A stretch of DNA of 53,098 nucleotides from a virus (Duplodnaviria; Caudoviricetes), in IMG/VR virus record IMGVR_UViG_3300025637_000017, positions 1-53,098 of that record. The stretch is one strand, 5' to 3'. How positions within the stretch are numbered: position 1 is the first letter of the stretch; each line of letters begins with the position of its first letter. The translations under genes were made by a program, and so were the position numbers. Shown here one piece after another: positions 25,784-36,900 of the stretch. The notes beneath the pieces were generated by a model. That model ran no database searches, was not told where the DNA came from, and worked only from the letters and a program-made list of their open reading frames with translations.

Positions 25784-26746
25784 TTAGAGGCTTGCTTGGT
25801 TTATCTGAAATCCATGCTCTGCTTTACTAAACAGCTCGCCGATAGATTTTATCCCTAGGCGCTCAGCTGTTGCTAGGACGTCAGCGATCCGTAACCCTTC
25901 GGTATCAAATCTTTCACCTTGCCCCTGTATATTCTCAGTTATAACCCACTGAGTGTTAACCGCATCCCACATACTATACTTGCGCCAATCATGGATCAAT
26001 TTAGCCGTATCACGAAATTGCGCAGGAAGGTTCTTCTTGTGAAGTAACTTTTGATAATCTGGATCAGGGATCTCAACTAAACGATTGCCCAGAGTTCTCC
26101 GTACAAAGTCAGCCGACGCCTTCATATTTTTACGGTGGTGCTCTTTGATGCTAACATCGATATGTTTATCTTGAGCATTCCAAGTACCGCCGAGCAAAGC
26201 CCAGACAAAGATATTATGGTTATGTGCGCCGCTCTTCATAGCCCAAGCGAGGTCGCAACAGGGTCCCCCAAGATCAATGTCTAGTCTTCCGAGCTTGGAC
26301 ATTTCGATTATTTTTCGCCCGAGATCGCTTGGAGCTTCTTCGTATTTAGCGTGCCCTTGGGCTATCTCAATTTGATCTAAGCCCCCCGCGTCTAGCATTA
26401 TCCTTAAATATTCGTCGCCTACGTATTTACGTGTACAAGTTGCGCCCAATACAGCAGGCACGTAGCCCGCCTGTATATTTAAAGCCAGCGCCATAGCTTG
26501 ATCCTGAGCGGCATTAGAGTCGCCCGTATTCTTCGTTATGGCGTCATCCATTTGGATAAGGTTACGCGTAGGTAGCTTAGGCTTTGAGTGCTCATAAGGT
26601 AGCCCTGCGACAGGGTCATCTGTTGGCTGAGGCTTTGAGGACTCTTTACGAGCCTTCTTTTTTGCTTTTCGATCCTGCAAGTAATTGCGAACCCAAACTA
26701 TAGCCGCTATCGCAGCGATAAGTAGAAATATTTGTGAGGTTGTCAT
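25784..26746 (-). CDS. Membrane-anchored nucleoside-hydrolase-fold protein
   Basis: TM plus basic patch, then LIQMDD..GD...D.AMAL, VLGAT, IEIAQG, GP..DLAWA, LGG..N, D.LA in nucleoside hydrolase order. Confidence 0.5.
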   Translation of the reverse strand: MTTSQIFLLIAAIAAIVWVRNYLQDRKAKKKARKESSKPQPTDDPVAGLPYEHSKPKLPTRNLIQMDDAITKNTGDSNAAQDQAMALALNIQAGYVPAVLGATCTRKYVGDEYLRIMLDAGGLDQIEIAQGHAKYEEAPSDLGRKIIEMSKLGRLDIDLGGPCCDLAWAMKSGAHNHNIFVWALLGGTWNAQDKHIDVSIKEHHRKNMKASADFVRRTLGNRLVEIPDPDYQKLLHKKNLPAQFRDTAKLIHDWRKYSMWDAVNTQWVITENIQGQGERFDTEGLRIADVLATAERLGIKSIGELFSKAEHGFQINQASL

Positions 26747-26754
26747 CGTGGTTC

Positions 26755-27150
26755 CTATTGGTTAGAACAGAAAACTGGTTCCTGATCGAGTATGGGTAGG
26801 CATTGCTCGGGTATCTCAACAGAGACTCCCTCGCCAATGCGAGTTACTAGGTTGTGGAACTGCTGTGCAGTATCACACGCGAACAATTGCCACAAGACAC
26901 GGTAGTCGTGCATGGTACAGTTGGTTCTATTGTCTCCTGTTGGCATGTCTGGAGCTGGGAAAAGCACAAGCTCCTCCGCGTATATCTCTGGAGCCTGATA
27001 AATAAGCGTAGGCTCATTCGGGGTTGTTTGGCAACCGATCAAGCTCAGCAGGATAAGGCTTGTTAGTCCAGTCTTTAGTGCTCTGCTGATAAGACTCGAA
27101 GTCGCTGTTAAGTTCCTTATACTTGCGCTGCCACTCGTTTCTTCTCTCAT
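26755..27150 (-). CDS. o-spanin (Rz1-like lipoprotein)
   Basis: Lipobox LIGC; Pro-rich; overlaps the i-spanin 3' end; GGAG RBS. Confidence 0.65.
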   Translation of the reverse strand: MREETSGSASIRNLTATSSLISRALKTGLTSLILLSLIGCQTTPNEPTLIYQAPEIYAEELVLFPAPDMPTGDNRTNCTMHDYRVLWQLFACDTAQQFHNLVTRIGEGVSVEIPEQCLPILDQEPVFCSNQ

Positions 27151-27418
27151 TGGTTTCTCCCTGTTGTTGTTCTGCAATCTTACGCTGCGCTTTTTCTTGC
27201 TCAGCCTTGAGTCGTTCTGCAGCAAGTTCTATTCTGTGTTGTTCGGTTGTTTCTGCAATTTTCTCGACCAAAACATCGTGCTGCGCTGCCTTCGTTACCA
27301 TTTCCGTAAAGTCCCAGTAAACTTTTAAAACAGCGTAAAACAACCCCCCAGCAACGATCGCAAGACCGAGGTACTTAAACCAAGAAGCTCCTATTATTCT
27401 TAATACCCAACTCATCAT
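27014..27418 (-). CDS. i-spanin (Rz-like)
   Basis: N-terminal TM plus coiled coil directly after the endolysin. Confidence 0.75.
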   Translation of the reverse strand: MMSWVLRIIGASWFKYLGLAIVAGGLFYAVLKVYWDFTEMVTKAAQHDVLVEKIAETTEQHRIELAAERLKAEQEKAQRKIAEQQQGETNERRNEWQRKYKELNSDFESYQQSTKDWTNKPYPAELDRLPNNPE

Positions 27419-27433
27419 TTATCTTCCTGAAAG

Positions 27434-28183
27434 TTATTGATCGATAAGGCACAGCTGTACTTCGTCGGTGCGCCTGTTCACTAGCCCACGGATAACCCTG
27501 CCGCCAGCTCTATTCCACCAACCGATCGCGACACATCCGCCTTGCACGTTGCCCGCCTTTAGGCGCCTTGTTGCGGTGCTCCGTCCAGCTGCCTTTATGC
27601 CCACATTGTAAGCGAGTGATGTGTAGGCTGCTTCGCGCGTAGGGACCAAATATGGTAGCGCTTCGGGTATCGCGTAAGTCAACCAGCCGTAGCGATACTC
27701 CGCAACCTCTGTACGCAGAAGCAAGTTGCACTCCTCGAGAGTCTTATGCATACCAAGATGAACCCCCCTCGTGGAGCCGTAGCAGATTGTAGGAACTCCG
27801 ACTATATCAAGGTAGGCGTTAAGCTCAACACCCTCCCATTTAGCTATCAAAGGGATAGCCGCGTCTAAGGTTTTATCTTCACTGGCACTAGCTTGAGAGG
27901 ATGCGGATAAGGCAAGCAAGAACACGACGCTCAAAACGGCTGTGATCCTGACCCATTCTATCCACACTTTATCGCCTTGCCTAAACAGCCGTCCAACCAG
28001 ACCAAACACTAAAAGAAGCGTTGCCGACCACCACAAAATTGCTGGGTCAGTGTCTATTCCTGTATAAGCAAACACTACCTCTGGCACGATCAAAACTAAA
28101 AGCCCAATCACTTGCGCCCAAAACGACATGGATAGGACTAGGACCTTTTTCCAATCTTTAATTATTAGTTTGTCTGGTCTCAT
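27434..28183 (-). CDS. GH24 lysozyme endolysin with three N-terminal TM helices
   Basis: WEG.....Y.D.VGVPTICYG (E-x8-D-x5-T), YNVG, GL.NRR..E..LC. Confidence 0.9.
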   Translation of the reverse strand: MRPDKLIIKDWKKVLVLSMSFWAQVIGLLVLIVPEVVFAYTGIDTDPAILWWSATLLLVFGLVGRLFRQGDKVWIEWVRITAVLSVVFLLALSASSQASASEDKTLDAAIPLIAKWEGVELNAYLDIVGVPTICYGSTRGVHLGMHKTLEECNLLLRTEVAEYRYGWLTYAIPEALPYLVPTREAAYTSLAYNVGIKAAGRSTATRRLKAGNVQGGCVAIGWWNRAGGRVIRGLVNRRTDEVQLCLIDQ

Positions 28184-28782
28184 CGAATCAAGTTTTTAAT
28201 TTTTCTTGCGGCTAACTTGGCATTAAACAAGGTCTCTGCGCTCATTTCGCCAGAGCATGTCGCTTGTGAAATAAAGACTATGCTGTTGCCTCTAATACCT
28301 ACCAGAGAAACCAATGAGTGAGCGACTTCTTCTTGCTTCGACGTATAAATATCTTTTAGTAAGCAAGGCGGCATGTCGCTAACCTTAAAAAGAACGTGAT
28401 CTTTTTTAAGCAAATCTCTAAGCATGTAAATGTAGTGGCTATCCACAGTAAGGTTGGAATACTTTTCTTTAATTTGATCCGCTGTTAAGTGTCCCACAAA
28501 TGCTCTGGTTCTTGGTTGAATAACGTCAACAAAGTAAGGTTGGTCTGGACTAGGGGGCCCCCCACAGTTATGTCCCTCAAACATAATCGCTCGATCAATT
28601 CCAGTATCCGCATCAGACACTTGGTGCTCTAAGATAGACATACCCTCCGCAAGCCTGCCCATATCCTGATACATTCTCTCTTTTGCACTAAAGAGGCCCT
28701 TACTTTTAGTGATTAGAGTAACGATCACAGCGACAACGATTGCTATAGCCCCACCGACAATTTCTGATGTTATTTTTTCCAT
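28180..28782 (-). CDS. Single-TM protein, candidate holin/antiholin
   Basis: N-terminal TM plus soluble domain, coupled to the endolysin. Confidence 0.45.
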   Translation of the reverse strand: MEKITSEIVGGAIAIVVAVIVTLITKSKGLFSAKERMYQDMGRLAEGMSILEHQVSDADTGIDRAIMFEGHNCGGPPSPDQPYFVDVIQPRTRAFVGHLTADQIKEKYSNLTVDSHYIYMLRDLLKKDHVLFKVSDMPPCLLKDIYTSKQEEVAHSLVSLVGIRGNSIVFISQATCSGEMSAETLFNAKLAARKIKNLIR

Positions 28783-28785
28783 TAC

Positions 28786-29100
28786 TTAAAAAGAAAACCA
28801 AAACCCACCTATGCCGTAGCCTACTGCCGACTTAAGAAGAATAACTTTAGCGCGACTAGGATTTTCTCCCAACACTGGATTGCCTTCAATGTACATATCT
28901 TTACACTCTCCATCGCAACCTTCAAGGGCATAAATCGTTTGACTAGCGTCTATAACATTAGCCACGACATATGAGCCTAATAAGATCTTATCTGTTGTCG
29001 TATAGGTTTCATCAGGCATGGGGTCCCAGTCTACATCTTTCAGGGATGCGCAAGAGGTCAGGGCTAACAGCAATAGCAAGGGTATTAGTTTTTTTATCAT
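28786..29100 (-). CDS. Lipoprotein
   Basis: Lipobox LTSC; D..QT...EGNP.LG..P motif. Confidence 0.7.
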   Translation of the reverse strand: MIKKLIPLLLLLALTSCASLKDVDWDPMPDETYTTTDKILLGSYVVANVIDASQTIYALEGCDGECKDMYIEGNPVLGENPSRAKVILLKSAVGYGIGGFWFSF

Positions 29101-29330
29101 TTCAGTTTAAGCTCTGTTAAATTTATCCATTCATAATTGTAACCATTGATACATTCACGACACCGCCTAAATTCTTCTTCTGTGCGGTAGTTGGGTTCAC
29201 CATCTCCCGTAGTTTCCCCCGCCAAGTATCGTTTATATTTTTCCTTAGCTTGCTTCGCACTCATCTCAGGTCTGTGTTTTGTGCCGCGACAATTCCAACA
29301 AGACGTTCTAACTTGTACTTGTTCAGTCAT
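29097..29330 (-). CDS. Small zinc-finger protein
   Basis: CWNCRGT...CRECING. Confidence 0.65.
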   Translation of the reverse strand: MTEQVQVRTSCWNCRGTKHRPEMSAKQAKEKYKRYLAGETTGDGEPNYRTEEEFRRCRECINGYNYEWINLTELKLK

Positions 29331-29340
29331 ATTTGTTCTC

Positions 29341-30228
29341 CTAGTTTTCTGCTTCTACCATGTAAACTTGCGCTTGATATACATTCAAGGACATATTCGA
29401 ATAATCGTTTTCCCCATATACGCAAAACTCCCAATCGCCAGTTGCGTTTAGTTTGCTTTGTGTAAGTTCTAAGGGAATCCACGCATCTTGATAGAGTGTT
29501 CCTGTTGATGATCCAGCAAAATTTATATGTCCTACAAACACTGAAGCCCCGATATCAGTCCATGTACCGCCAGAGTCCCTGTAGTATGTCTGAAACCTTG
29601 CCCTCCAGTCGTCATTGCTTCCTGACGTTTTCGCTAATCGTGAATCCAGCCGTATATACCCCCTTAGATTTGATGAACCTGATTCTGGAGTTTTTGTAAA
29701 TATGCCCGACATTTGAACCATCGACGTTCCTGTTGTCGAGTAATCTGTTGCGTCACTCAACACGTCAGTGTGCAAGACTTTGCTGTGACCTTCAAGGGTC
29801 GTGACTCTACCGCCTACGGTCGTGACCCTAGTGTCTACTGCATCCGTATAAGCTTCAAGAGTGGCATCCTCTTCGTGAGTTCTGACGCCATAAATTCTTA
29901 GATTGTCGTGGTTGGAGGCATCATAGTTGAAAACAACAGGTGCCCCTGCATTGGAGCTGCATACAGTTCTCACATACGTCAACCGATAAAGACCGCCACT
30001 GTAAGAATATGCCGCTATCATTATTTCCCAATCATAGCTATCGCTCGCAACAGGGTCAGAGTACTGCACACAGATTGGGAACTCCTCGCCTTCAGGGTCT
30101 CCCCCTACAGTCAGGGTCGCAGAGTTAAGCAGGGTCAGACTAGGCTCGACATTTGAGTTCATTATGAAGTCGCCAGAGGCGGAATCATAGTAGCCAAGTT
30201 GATGAAATCTTGTGAGTGTGTTAGACAT
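29341..30228 (-). CDS. Putative tail tip/receptor-binding protein
   Basis: Last tail gene; short coiled segment then beta-rich C-terminal domain. Confidence 0.5.
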   Translation of the reverse strand: MSNTLTRFHQLGYYDSASGDFIMNSNVEPSLTLLNSATLTVGGDPEGEEFPICVQYSDPVASDSYDWEIMIAAYSYSGGLYRLTYVRTVCSSNAGAPVVFNYDASNHDNLRIYGVRTHEEDATLEAYTDAVDTRVTTVGGRVTTLEGHSKVLHTDVLSDATDYSTTGTSMVQMSGIFTKTPESGSSNLRGYIRLDSRLAKTSGSNDDWRARFQTYYRDSGGTWTDIGASVFVGHINFAGSSTGTLYQDAWIPLELTQSKLNATGDWEFCVYGENDYSNMSLNVYQAQVYMVEAEN

Positions 30229-30982
30229 TTGAAAAAGCCTCTTTGATTGTTAGCGAGGTGCTGTAATGAGTGTACTTTGTGTGGGTTATGCCGCTCGTGG
30301 AACAGAACACAGGGAGCACATCGCTCTGGTCTAGCGCCGCGCTATTCTTATCCCTTTCAAACAAACAGAACCCCTCGATCGTAAGATCGCTCAGCAAGTA
30401 ATCCAGATCTAGTAATGTGTCTTTAGCTTGTTCCGTTAAAGAAAGAGCTTGCCCCTTACCAGAGAAAACCTTTCGCTGATATAAGGAGGCGTTAGACTGC
30501 GAAGAAGAGAACTGCGCTCCGTTTTGGAATGCCGATCCGTAACTATAGTTCATGTCGGGGGACCACCAAGTCTTTCCAAACACTACCTGCCTGAATCCCA
30601 TAGAGACGCCCCCTATACCCGTTATAGTTAGGGTATGAGAGGTACTAACCTCCTCATCTACCCTGAAGGTTATGTGGTTAGTTCTGTGGGGTCTTTCCAA
30701 GCTAGGCGCTGGTTCCGCTACGAGCCCGCTGCTGCTATCAAAAACCAGAGCCCCGTAGGTGCCCACACTCGACAAGTGTATTCGGTCCACACTGCTCGCG
30801 GCACCCGTCTTACCTGTTATCCTTAATTCATCGCAGGGGGGACTAACGAAGTTCCTATAGGGGTTGTTCGCGCCGCCCGTCATGGGAGCTTCGTTGCTCC
30901 AAGCTCCCCCTGTGTCTCTATACTCATACGTATAGAGCGCATCGGTTAGAGGCTTTACAAGAGCCATTTGAGAAGCTGCCAT
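30221..30982 (-). CDS. Tail protein (distal-tail-like)
   Basis: G..W.P..N.SYG pattern; position in tail module. Confidence 0.55.
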   Translation of the reverse strand: MAASQMALVKPLTDALYTYEYRDTGGAWSNEAPMTGGANNPYRNFVSPPCDELRITGKTGAASSVDRIHLSSVGTYGALVFDSSSGLVAEPAPSLERPHRTNHITFRVDEEVSTSHTLTITGIGGVSMGFRQVVFGKTWWSPDMNYSYGSAFQNGAQFSSSQSNASLYQRKVFSGKGQALSLTEQAKDTLLDLDYLLSDLTIEGFCLFERDKNSAALDQSDVLPVFCSTSGITHTKYTHYSTSLTIKEAFSNV

Positions 30983-33957
30983 TATATCACCCTTTCCAGT
31001 ACTTTAAAAGTTATCGTTGTTTGTCTTTCGCCAAGATCTTCGCTCAAGCCGACTATTATACAAGGTCTGTTAGGCGGAACGTCATCCGCTTTAACAACCC
31101 CCGCGTCGCCGAGTTCTATATCCCATCCAACTCCGTGAAGTGTTCCCTTAAAGACACTGTTAGGGGAAGAGTCTCTGGTTATTCTCTCTCCCAGTTCCTC
31201 TGTGGGGGCACGGTCCTGCAGAGGGCTAAGATATGTTTTTGTCTCACCATCATAAAGAGATCCGAAAGCGGAGGTTACCGCGAGGGACTTGTTGTTGTCG
31301 GCATGGTCCACATTGTAGTGGATCACATACTGGCGCTCCCTTGGCTCTGAGCTGGCGCTGACGATAGACCCCTCAACAAAGTCTCTCCCTTCAACAAGTA
31401 GAAAGTCACTGGGGTATCTCTGATAGTCAAATCGTTTTTTGACCAGAACCTTGTTTGTTGCGAGTTGTGGTATCACCATGTAATCAAGGCTCCCCAGCAT
31501 GTCAGTCAGGTGCTCAATAAGTGGTTTCTGAACTGTTATTGGGTAGGCGATATGTGGCGCATCAGTTATATCTGTTTCGATAAGGTCTTCACCAGCGGCA
31601 AGCAAACAAAGCTCTCTGGCTGCATCAATGGCATCAAAGTTGTCTGCGCGGTTCCCGCGACCAATCGCAGAGCAAAGTATTCCATCATAATCGGCGCAGA
31701 CTGCGACATAGCCTTGCTGGTCAAGGATTGCTATACCTTTAGGCAGCAGATCGCGGTACTCTTCAGCTGAGCCGTCACAATAAACGCTGGATAGTTGTTT
31801 ACGCTCTCCTTCGTCGATCACAAAAACATCGCCATCCTGTGTGATTAAATCTGAGGTCAATGTCCCAGAGGGGTCTGGTAGAACACCTCCTGATCGCTTT
31901 ATAATTACAGAGAGTTCGGTTATTTCAACGCTGTAGTCGATCGTGGGGTTTGTCGCAGACCAACCTTTGCCCACATAGTTATCTTGCCAAAAGTTTATAT
32001 ACCACCCTTGCCCACGGGTGCTGTGTGATGCATCATTGCTGTAGAGGTGAAACTCAAATTCTTTAGGCTCTTCTGTAACGCGAAACAAAGTAGGGATAGG
32101 CGTGCCCTCAAACAAAGCTCCTCGGATAACGTCAGTGCCCCCTCCAGACACTAAAGCAGCTGTGAAGCGTATCGTAGAGTTTTGCCCTCCATAAACATCA
32201 TTTGGGCCTGTGTAACGCGTGTCGTATTTAAGCATCGGCAGACCGCCCCACCCCAAGTTAGCGTCCGTTGTTAGAGAAGGCTTAAGCAAGTACCCGTTCT
32301 TGTCGTTGGTGAACGTACCGTAGGTGGCCCCTGTGCCTAAGTCCCCTCCTGTTATGGATACCGAAAATTCACCATAAGAGTATGTGACTGGTAGGGTGAG
32401 CTCAGTGTAGTTTCCAGAAAATGTTGCGCTAGCCACCGACGCATCGATGGTGCTCGGCGTACTGTTGTTGTGCTTAATGAGCTGCCCCTCATTTAAGTAA
32501 AACGATAACTCTGGAGATATCAAGGGCGGATCAGCTGTTATAGTAATTTTACATTCTTGTGGCTCAGCGATCACCGCCTCGTTAACCCAAATCGCGCACA
32601 GCGCTGAGCTAACTGTAGCATCATAATCGAAGGTTATTTCTTGCTTTCCAAAGTTCTCGAACCGCACTACATGGTTCTTAACATCCGTAACAGGGAACTC
32701 TGGAGTGATTGATGTTGGGGCAGTGCTCCAGTTCGATACCGTCTGGATCGGGTCTCGCACAGCGCGAACAACTAGCTCTAAGGTAGCTAGCTTTTCCTCA
32801 AAACTCAGGGTGACAGTCCCAGAACCGTCCGCGGCTATCTTCACCCAAGATGACCTGTGTCGTGCGGCAGTATCGGGGTCAGTGTGTAGCGCAACTATAT
32901 CGATATCCCCCGTTGTAACTATGTTCACTTTCGGGGCCGTGGCTGATTCTGCCTCCTTATCAGAGACTCGATACCAAGTGTGGTTTGGTCTGGTGTAACG
33001 GCGTACGTGGGTGTTGTCATCCGATAGACTAACGGTGATGAGTTTTCCATTAGTGCTTAGGTCGAACCCTTCAGAAATAGCAACCTTGTGAGAGTCTGCT
33101 TCAAGTGTATTATCTGCTGTAGCTTCCCAGTTAAATGTACCCTCTGTTATGGCAACGTCAGTTGTTGTTTCGGCTGATGTATTCAACCCTCGACCGTGAT
33201 ATTTTCGCGCTTCGCTGAATGCAACAAAGTCTAGCGGGCTCTCAAGTATCTGGCTTTTAGTATCCGCAACCCCATCGTGAATCTTGTATATGCCACCCCC
33301 AAGGTTCGCAGGGGTGGTTGCGATCGGTACGCCAAACTGGTACGGCAGAACATCACCTGCGTCCTCGGTGTGGTCATTAAAGTTTATGGGGAATGGCTTA
33401 TACAGACCGCTGTCCAGCGGCAGTATAGAAAGCCCCACACTATCTGAATCAACACTCTTGGCTCCGAACCGACCTGTGGCAAGAATCTCGTACTCAGAAT
33501 AATCCAATTCCACTCCACTCAGGGTATCAAGTTTCTGCGCTGCTGCGACCGCGACTGCTTCATTCTTGGGGTAGACTACTCCCCCAACCTTCATAGTGTA
33601 GTTCTTGTCCTCCCAAGTTCTGAGGCTATATTCGTCTGAGGTACGAGTGTTGAGTATTCGAGCGCTACCAAAGGACGCTCTAGCCTTGTCTCCGAGCTTA
33701 GATCCAGACTCTCGGATTAACGTAACCCCATCCTCCAATATCATGTCCGCCTGCATGCCTTTCGGTGTGCGGGTAGCTAACTTAACGTTCGCGTTGGATA
33801 CCTGTGCTTGGGGGTCAAAGGAAGTGTTACCATACTCAGCATAAGGGCCCGCAATAATATCCCCGAGCTCAATCGGGTTATCTAGGGTGTTGTTGAGGGT
33901 GGTCTCTATGACCACCACCAGCTCCTTGGCGTCCTGTAAAATTTCCTTAACGGGCAT
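30982..33957 (-). CDS. Tail tip/hub protein with central beta-rich insertion
   Basis: 991 aa after the tape measure; LP..FG, C-terminal IELGD. Confidence 0.65.
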   Translation of the reverse strand: MPVKEILQDAKELVVVIETTLNNTLDNPIELGDIIAGPYAEYGNTSFDPQAQVSNANVKLATRTPKGMQADMILEDGVTLIRESGSKLGDKARASFGSARILNTRTSDEYSLRTWEDKNYTMKVGGVVYPKNEAVAVAAAQKLDTLSGVELDYSEYEILATGRFGAKSVDSDSVGLSILPLDSGLYKPFPINFNDHTEDAGDVLPYQFGVPIATTPANLGGGIYKIHDGVADTKSQILESPLDFVAFSEARKYHGRGLNTSAETTTDVAITEGTFNWEATADNTLEADSHKVAISEGFDLSTNGKLITVSLSDDNTHVRRYTRPNHTWYRVSDKEAESATAPKVNIVTTGDIDIVALHTDPDTAARHRSSWVKIAADGSGTVTLSFEEKLATLELVVRAVRDPIQTVSNWSTAPTSITPEFPVTDVKNHVVRFENFGKQEITFDYDATVSSALCAIWVNEAVIAEPQECKITITADPPLISPELSFYLNEGQLIKHNNSTPSTIDASVASATFSGNYTELTLPVTYSYGEFSVSITGGDLGTGATYGTFTNDKNGYLLKPSLTTDANLGWGGLPMLKYDTRYTGPNDVYGGQNSTIRFTAALVSGGGTDVIRGALFEGTPIPTLFRVTEEPKEFEFHLYSNDASHSTRGQGWYINFWQDNYVGKGWSATNPTIDYSVEITELSVIIKRSGGVLPDPSGTLTSDLITQDGDVFVIDEGERKQLSSVYCDGSAEEYRDLLPKGIAILDQQGYVAVCADYDGILCSAIGRGNRADNFDAIDAARELCLLAAGEDLIETDITDAPHIAYPITVQKPLIEHLTDMLGSLDYMVIPQLATNKVLVKKRFDYQRYPSDFLLVEGRDFVEGSIVSASSEPRERQYVIHYNVDHADNNKSLAVTSAFGSLYDGETKTYLSPLQDRAPTEELGERITRDSSPNSVFKGTLHGVGWDIELGDAGVVKADDVPPNRPCIIVGLSEDLGERQTTITFKVLERVI

Positions 33958-36900
33958 AGCTTGGTCTCGCTCTCTCTATTCTAATTTCCTTGACCAACCC
34001 TTTTATAACAGTGATCAGTTCGCCTACTCCTCCCGAATTATCTGAGGCTCCCGCAGACAACAACGCGTCCAGTTTGCTCTCTATTCTTTCGATCATCCCT
34101 TTACGATTAACCGTAACAGATTCCTGACCATTAACCCCGATGGAGTACATCTGGTCCGAGGAAGAACTTATTATACCACTAGGGAGCACCGTTTCGCTAC
34201 CACTAAGTGCGCTAGAGAATACCCCTAGGCTCGGGATGTTCAAGGAGTTGGTTGTTATACCCATGCCCTGAGTAGTTACCCCGAGTCTCCTTAGCTGCTC
34301 TAAGTAATCACCTACCGCGGACCTTCCCTGTTCAGATATTGTCCTTGATAGATCCCCGAAGCGATCTGCAATACCCCCAACGGTTAGTTCTCCTATCTCT
34401 CCTATCGCCCCCATTGTGCTCTCGAAGGAAGTGATACCGTCATCGTTAAAATCAAAAAGCTTTTGCAGGTTCTCATCGCTCGCAGTAGAGAAGTTGTTCG
34501 TCCATTGATCAATGGAAACACCCGATTGCTCTACGAAATACTTCGCATCCTCTAGAGCTATACCGTAGTGCTCACTGATAGACTGGAAGAGTGCATCCGT
34601 AGAAGCCATGCCATTCTCTGATAACTCATCAAAGCGTGCGTCTATTAAACCTAGGCTGTCCCTTGCATCGAAATAAGATTGACCAAAACCTGTAGAGAAG
34701 TTCTCAAAGAAAAGGTTGCTCGGTTTAACCAAACCGTTCTGAACGGCTGTCTCAAACACCTCTCCATAGCTAACAGCCTCATCCAATCCGTCACGATAGG
34801 TCTGCCAAACTTCCATTATGTCTTCGACAGTCTTGTCTTTATCCAAGACGCGCAGAGTACCGAAATCGGAGTTCAGGCTCTCGAAGCCCGCAGCTCTTAA
34901 TGCTTCCTCGAAACCATCCAGTGAGCTCTGCGCCCCAGTGAAGAAGCCGCCATTACCGTTGGCCCCCCCATTCGCTAGGAATTGGGCATTTAGACCAGAT
35001 CCTCGTACACCAAAATCGGAACCGAACACACCTGTGTTGTTACCCGCCGCGGAACCCTTCTGGACCCCGAACAAATCAGGCAAATAATCCTCTTGGAGAA
35101 TTTGATCGTAGTCTCGCGCTCCACCCATACCCGCTAGAGTGAGTACAGCCATTGCCGCCCAACCTGCTGGTCCCATAGCACCTAGTACAGCGGAAGCTCC
35201 ACCTGTTAGAGCGGCAGTTCCCGCATATGCTCCGATAGCACCAGCACCGAATGTGGCCGCTCCACGCGCTCCACCCTGCTCGATGCCTGAGTACATTCCG
35301 TAAAGGCCGCCAGCGACACCAGCGACCGCGCCAGCCTTGCCCAACCAGCTTAAACCGTTGCCAGTTTGTGCGCCTTGCTGGGCCGCGAGTTGAGAGGCAT
35401 CAATTCCCATACCTGCAGTGCTCATGTTCGGAGGAACATACCCTGAGAAGTTTGTGTATTGTCCGAGGCTCTGAGCATAAGGAGTTGCTGCTAAATTAAG
35501 GCCGCTCGCGGTTGATCCGTAGCTTGCGGCCAACGCACCCGATAGACCTGTAGCCCCGTTAACACCGTAACTCGCGGATAAGGCTGTTCCCAGCTGTGAT
35601 GCGCCTCCCCACCACCCAGCCGTTTGCCCCACTCCATAAAGCTGCGCAGCGTTCATAGCAGCCGAGCCGTAGCCCATCACGCCGCCCTGCTTAATACCGT
35701 TGTATATTCCGAAAGCGTTGCCCGCGGCACCAAGGTATGTTCCCGCCATACCCGTATATTCTTGACCGCCTGTGAATTTCTGGTAAGCGTTATACGCGCC
35801 AAGCCCTGCGCCGCCCATCTGGACCGCACCAGAAACCTTATTGCCTCCCGTTATCTGCTGGTACCCCGCATAGAGACCAAAGGCTGCTGCCGCTCCTCCT
35901 AATACCGCGCCCGTTTGTTGCTCACTCAGACCAATATAAGAACCAAAGTCCTTCGCTAATCCTCCGAGTGAGTTGTTTCCTGTACCGCTATTTCCGCCTA
36001 GGTTGAAGCCTCCTGTGTTACCGCCAGCGTTGTTCCCCCCGAAACCGCTATTGTTAAAGTAGTTTCCTATACTGAAACCACTAAAGTCTAGGGTGCCTCC
36101 GTTGAAGAACGAGCGAAGTAATTGAATTAAACCAGAGGCTAAGAAATCCTTAACCATCCTCTTCCAGAGGTCCTTAAAGAAATCCTCTACGCTCTCACCA
36201 TCAACGATCGTGTCTATCAGTCCCTTGCTGAAACCTTCGATAGCAGAGTTGAGTTTTTCGATACCCTCTCTCTGGGCAATGAACTCCGCTTGCTGAGCTA
36301 CTAGTGCAGGGTACTTCGTCTCTAGTTCCGCGATACTAATGCCGTACTTATCAGCAACGTCCTTAAGAGTCTTGTAAACCTCCGCTGCAACAGCTCCCTC
36401 ACTAGCGGATATTCTTTGTATTTTTAGCTGGTTCTGCTGGTCTATGTTAAGCTCTTTCAGAGCCTTCCCCGCGAGCTCCGTAGCCGCTCCGCTGGAGCGC
36501 ATTGCTCCCTCAACCTGAGCCTGTGTTAAGCGTAGAGCCTTGAGTGCTTTCTCATACTGAGCGACGTCGATCTCTCCCGACTTATACTTACCGCTTAGCT
36601 CCTCTACAGCCTTCTCTACATCCTCAGTGGCTCCAGTGTGCTTAGCGAGTTCTGTGCGCAGCGCCTTTAACTTAACACTATAAACACTTACTTCCTTACC
36701 AGAAGCTTTGTGAGCTGCGTCGAGTAAAGCAATCTCTTTTCGAAGATCGGCTTCCTTTTTCTCCAGCTCCTCTGTTACAGAGAGCTCTACCTTTTTCTTC
36801 TTAGAGCTCTGATCTATTTTCTTGTTGAGCTCCTCTATATCGTTGGCGAGTGCCTTCTTGCCGTCCGCCCCGATCTTATCCATCGCGACAGAATCTTTCT

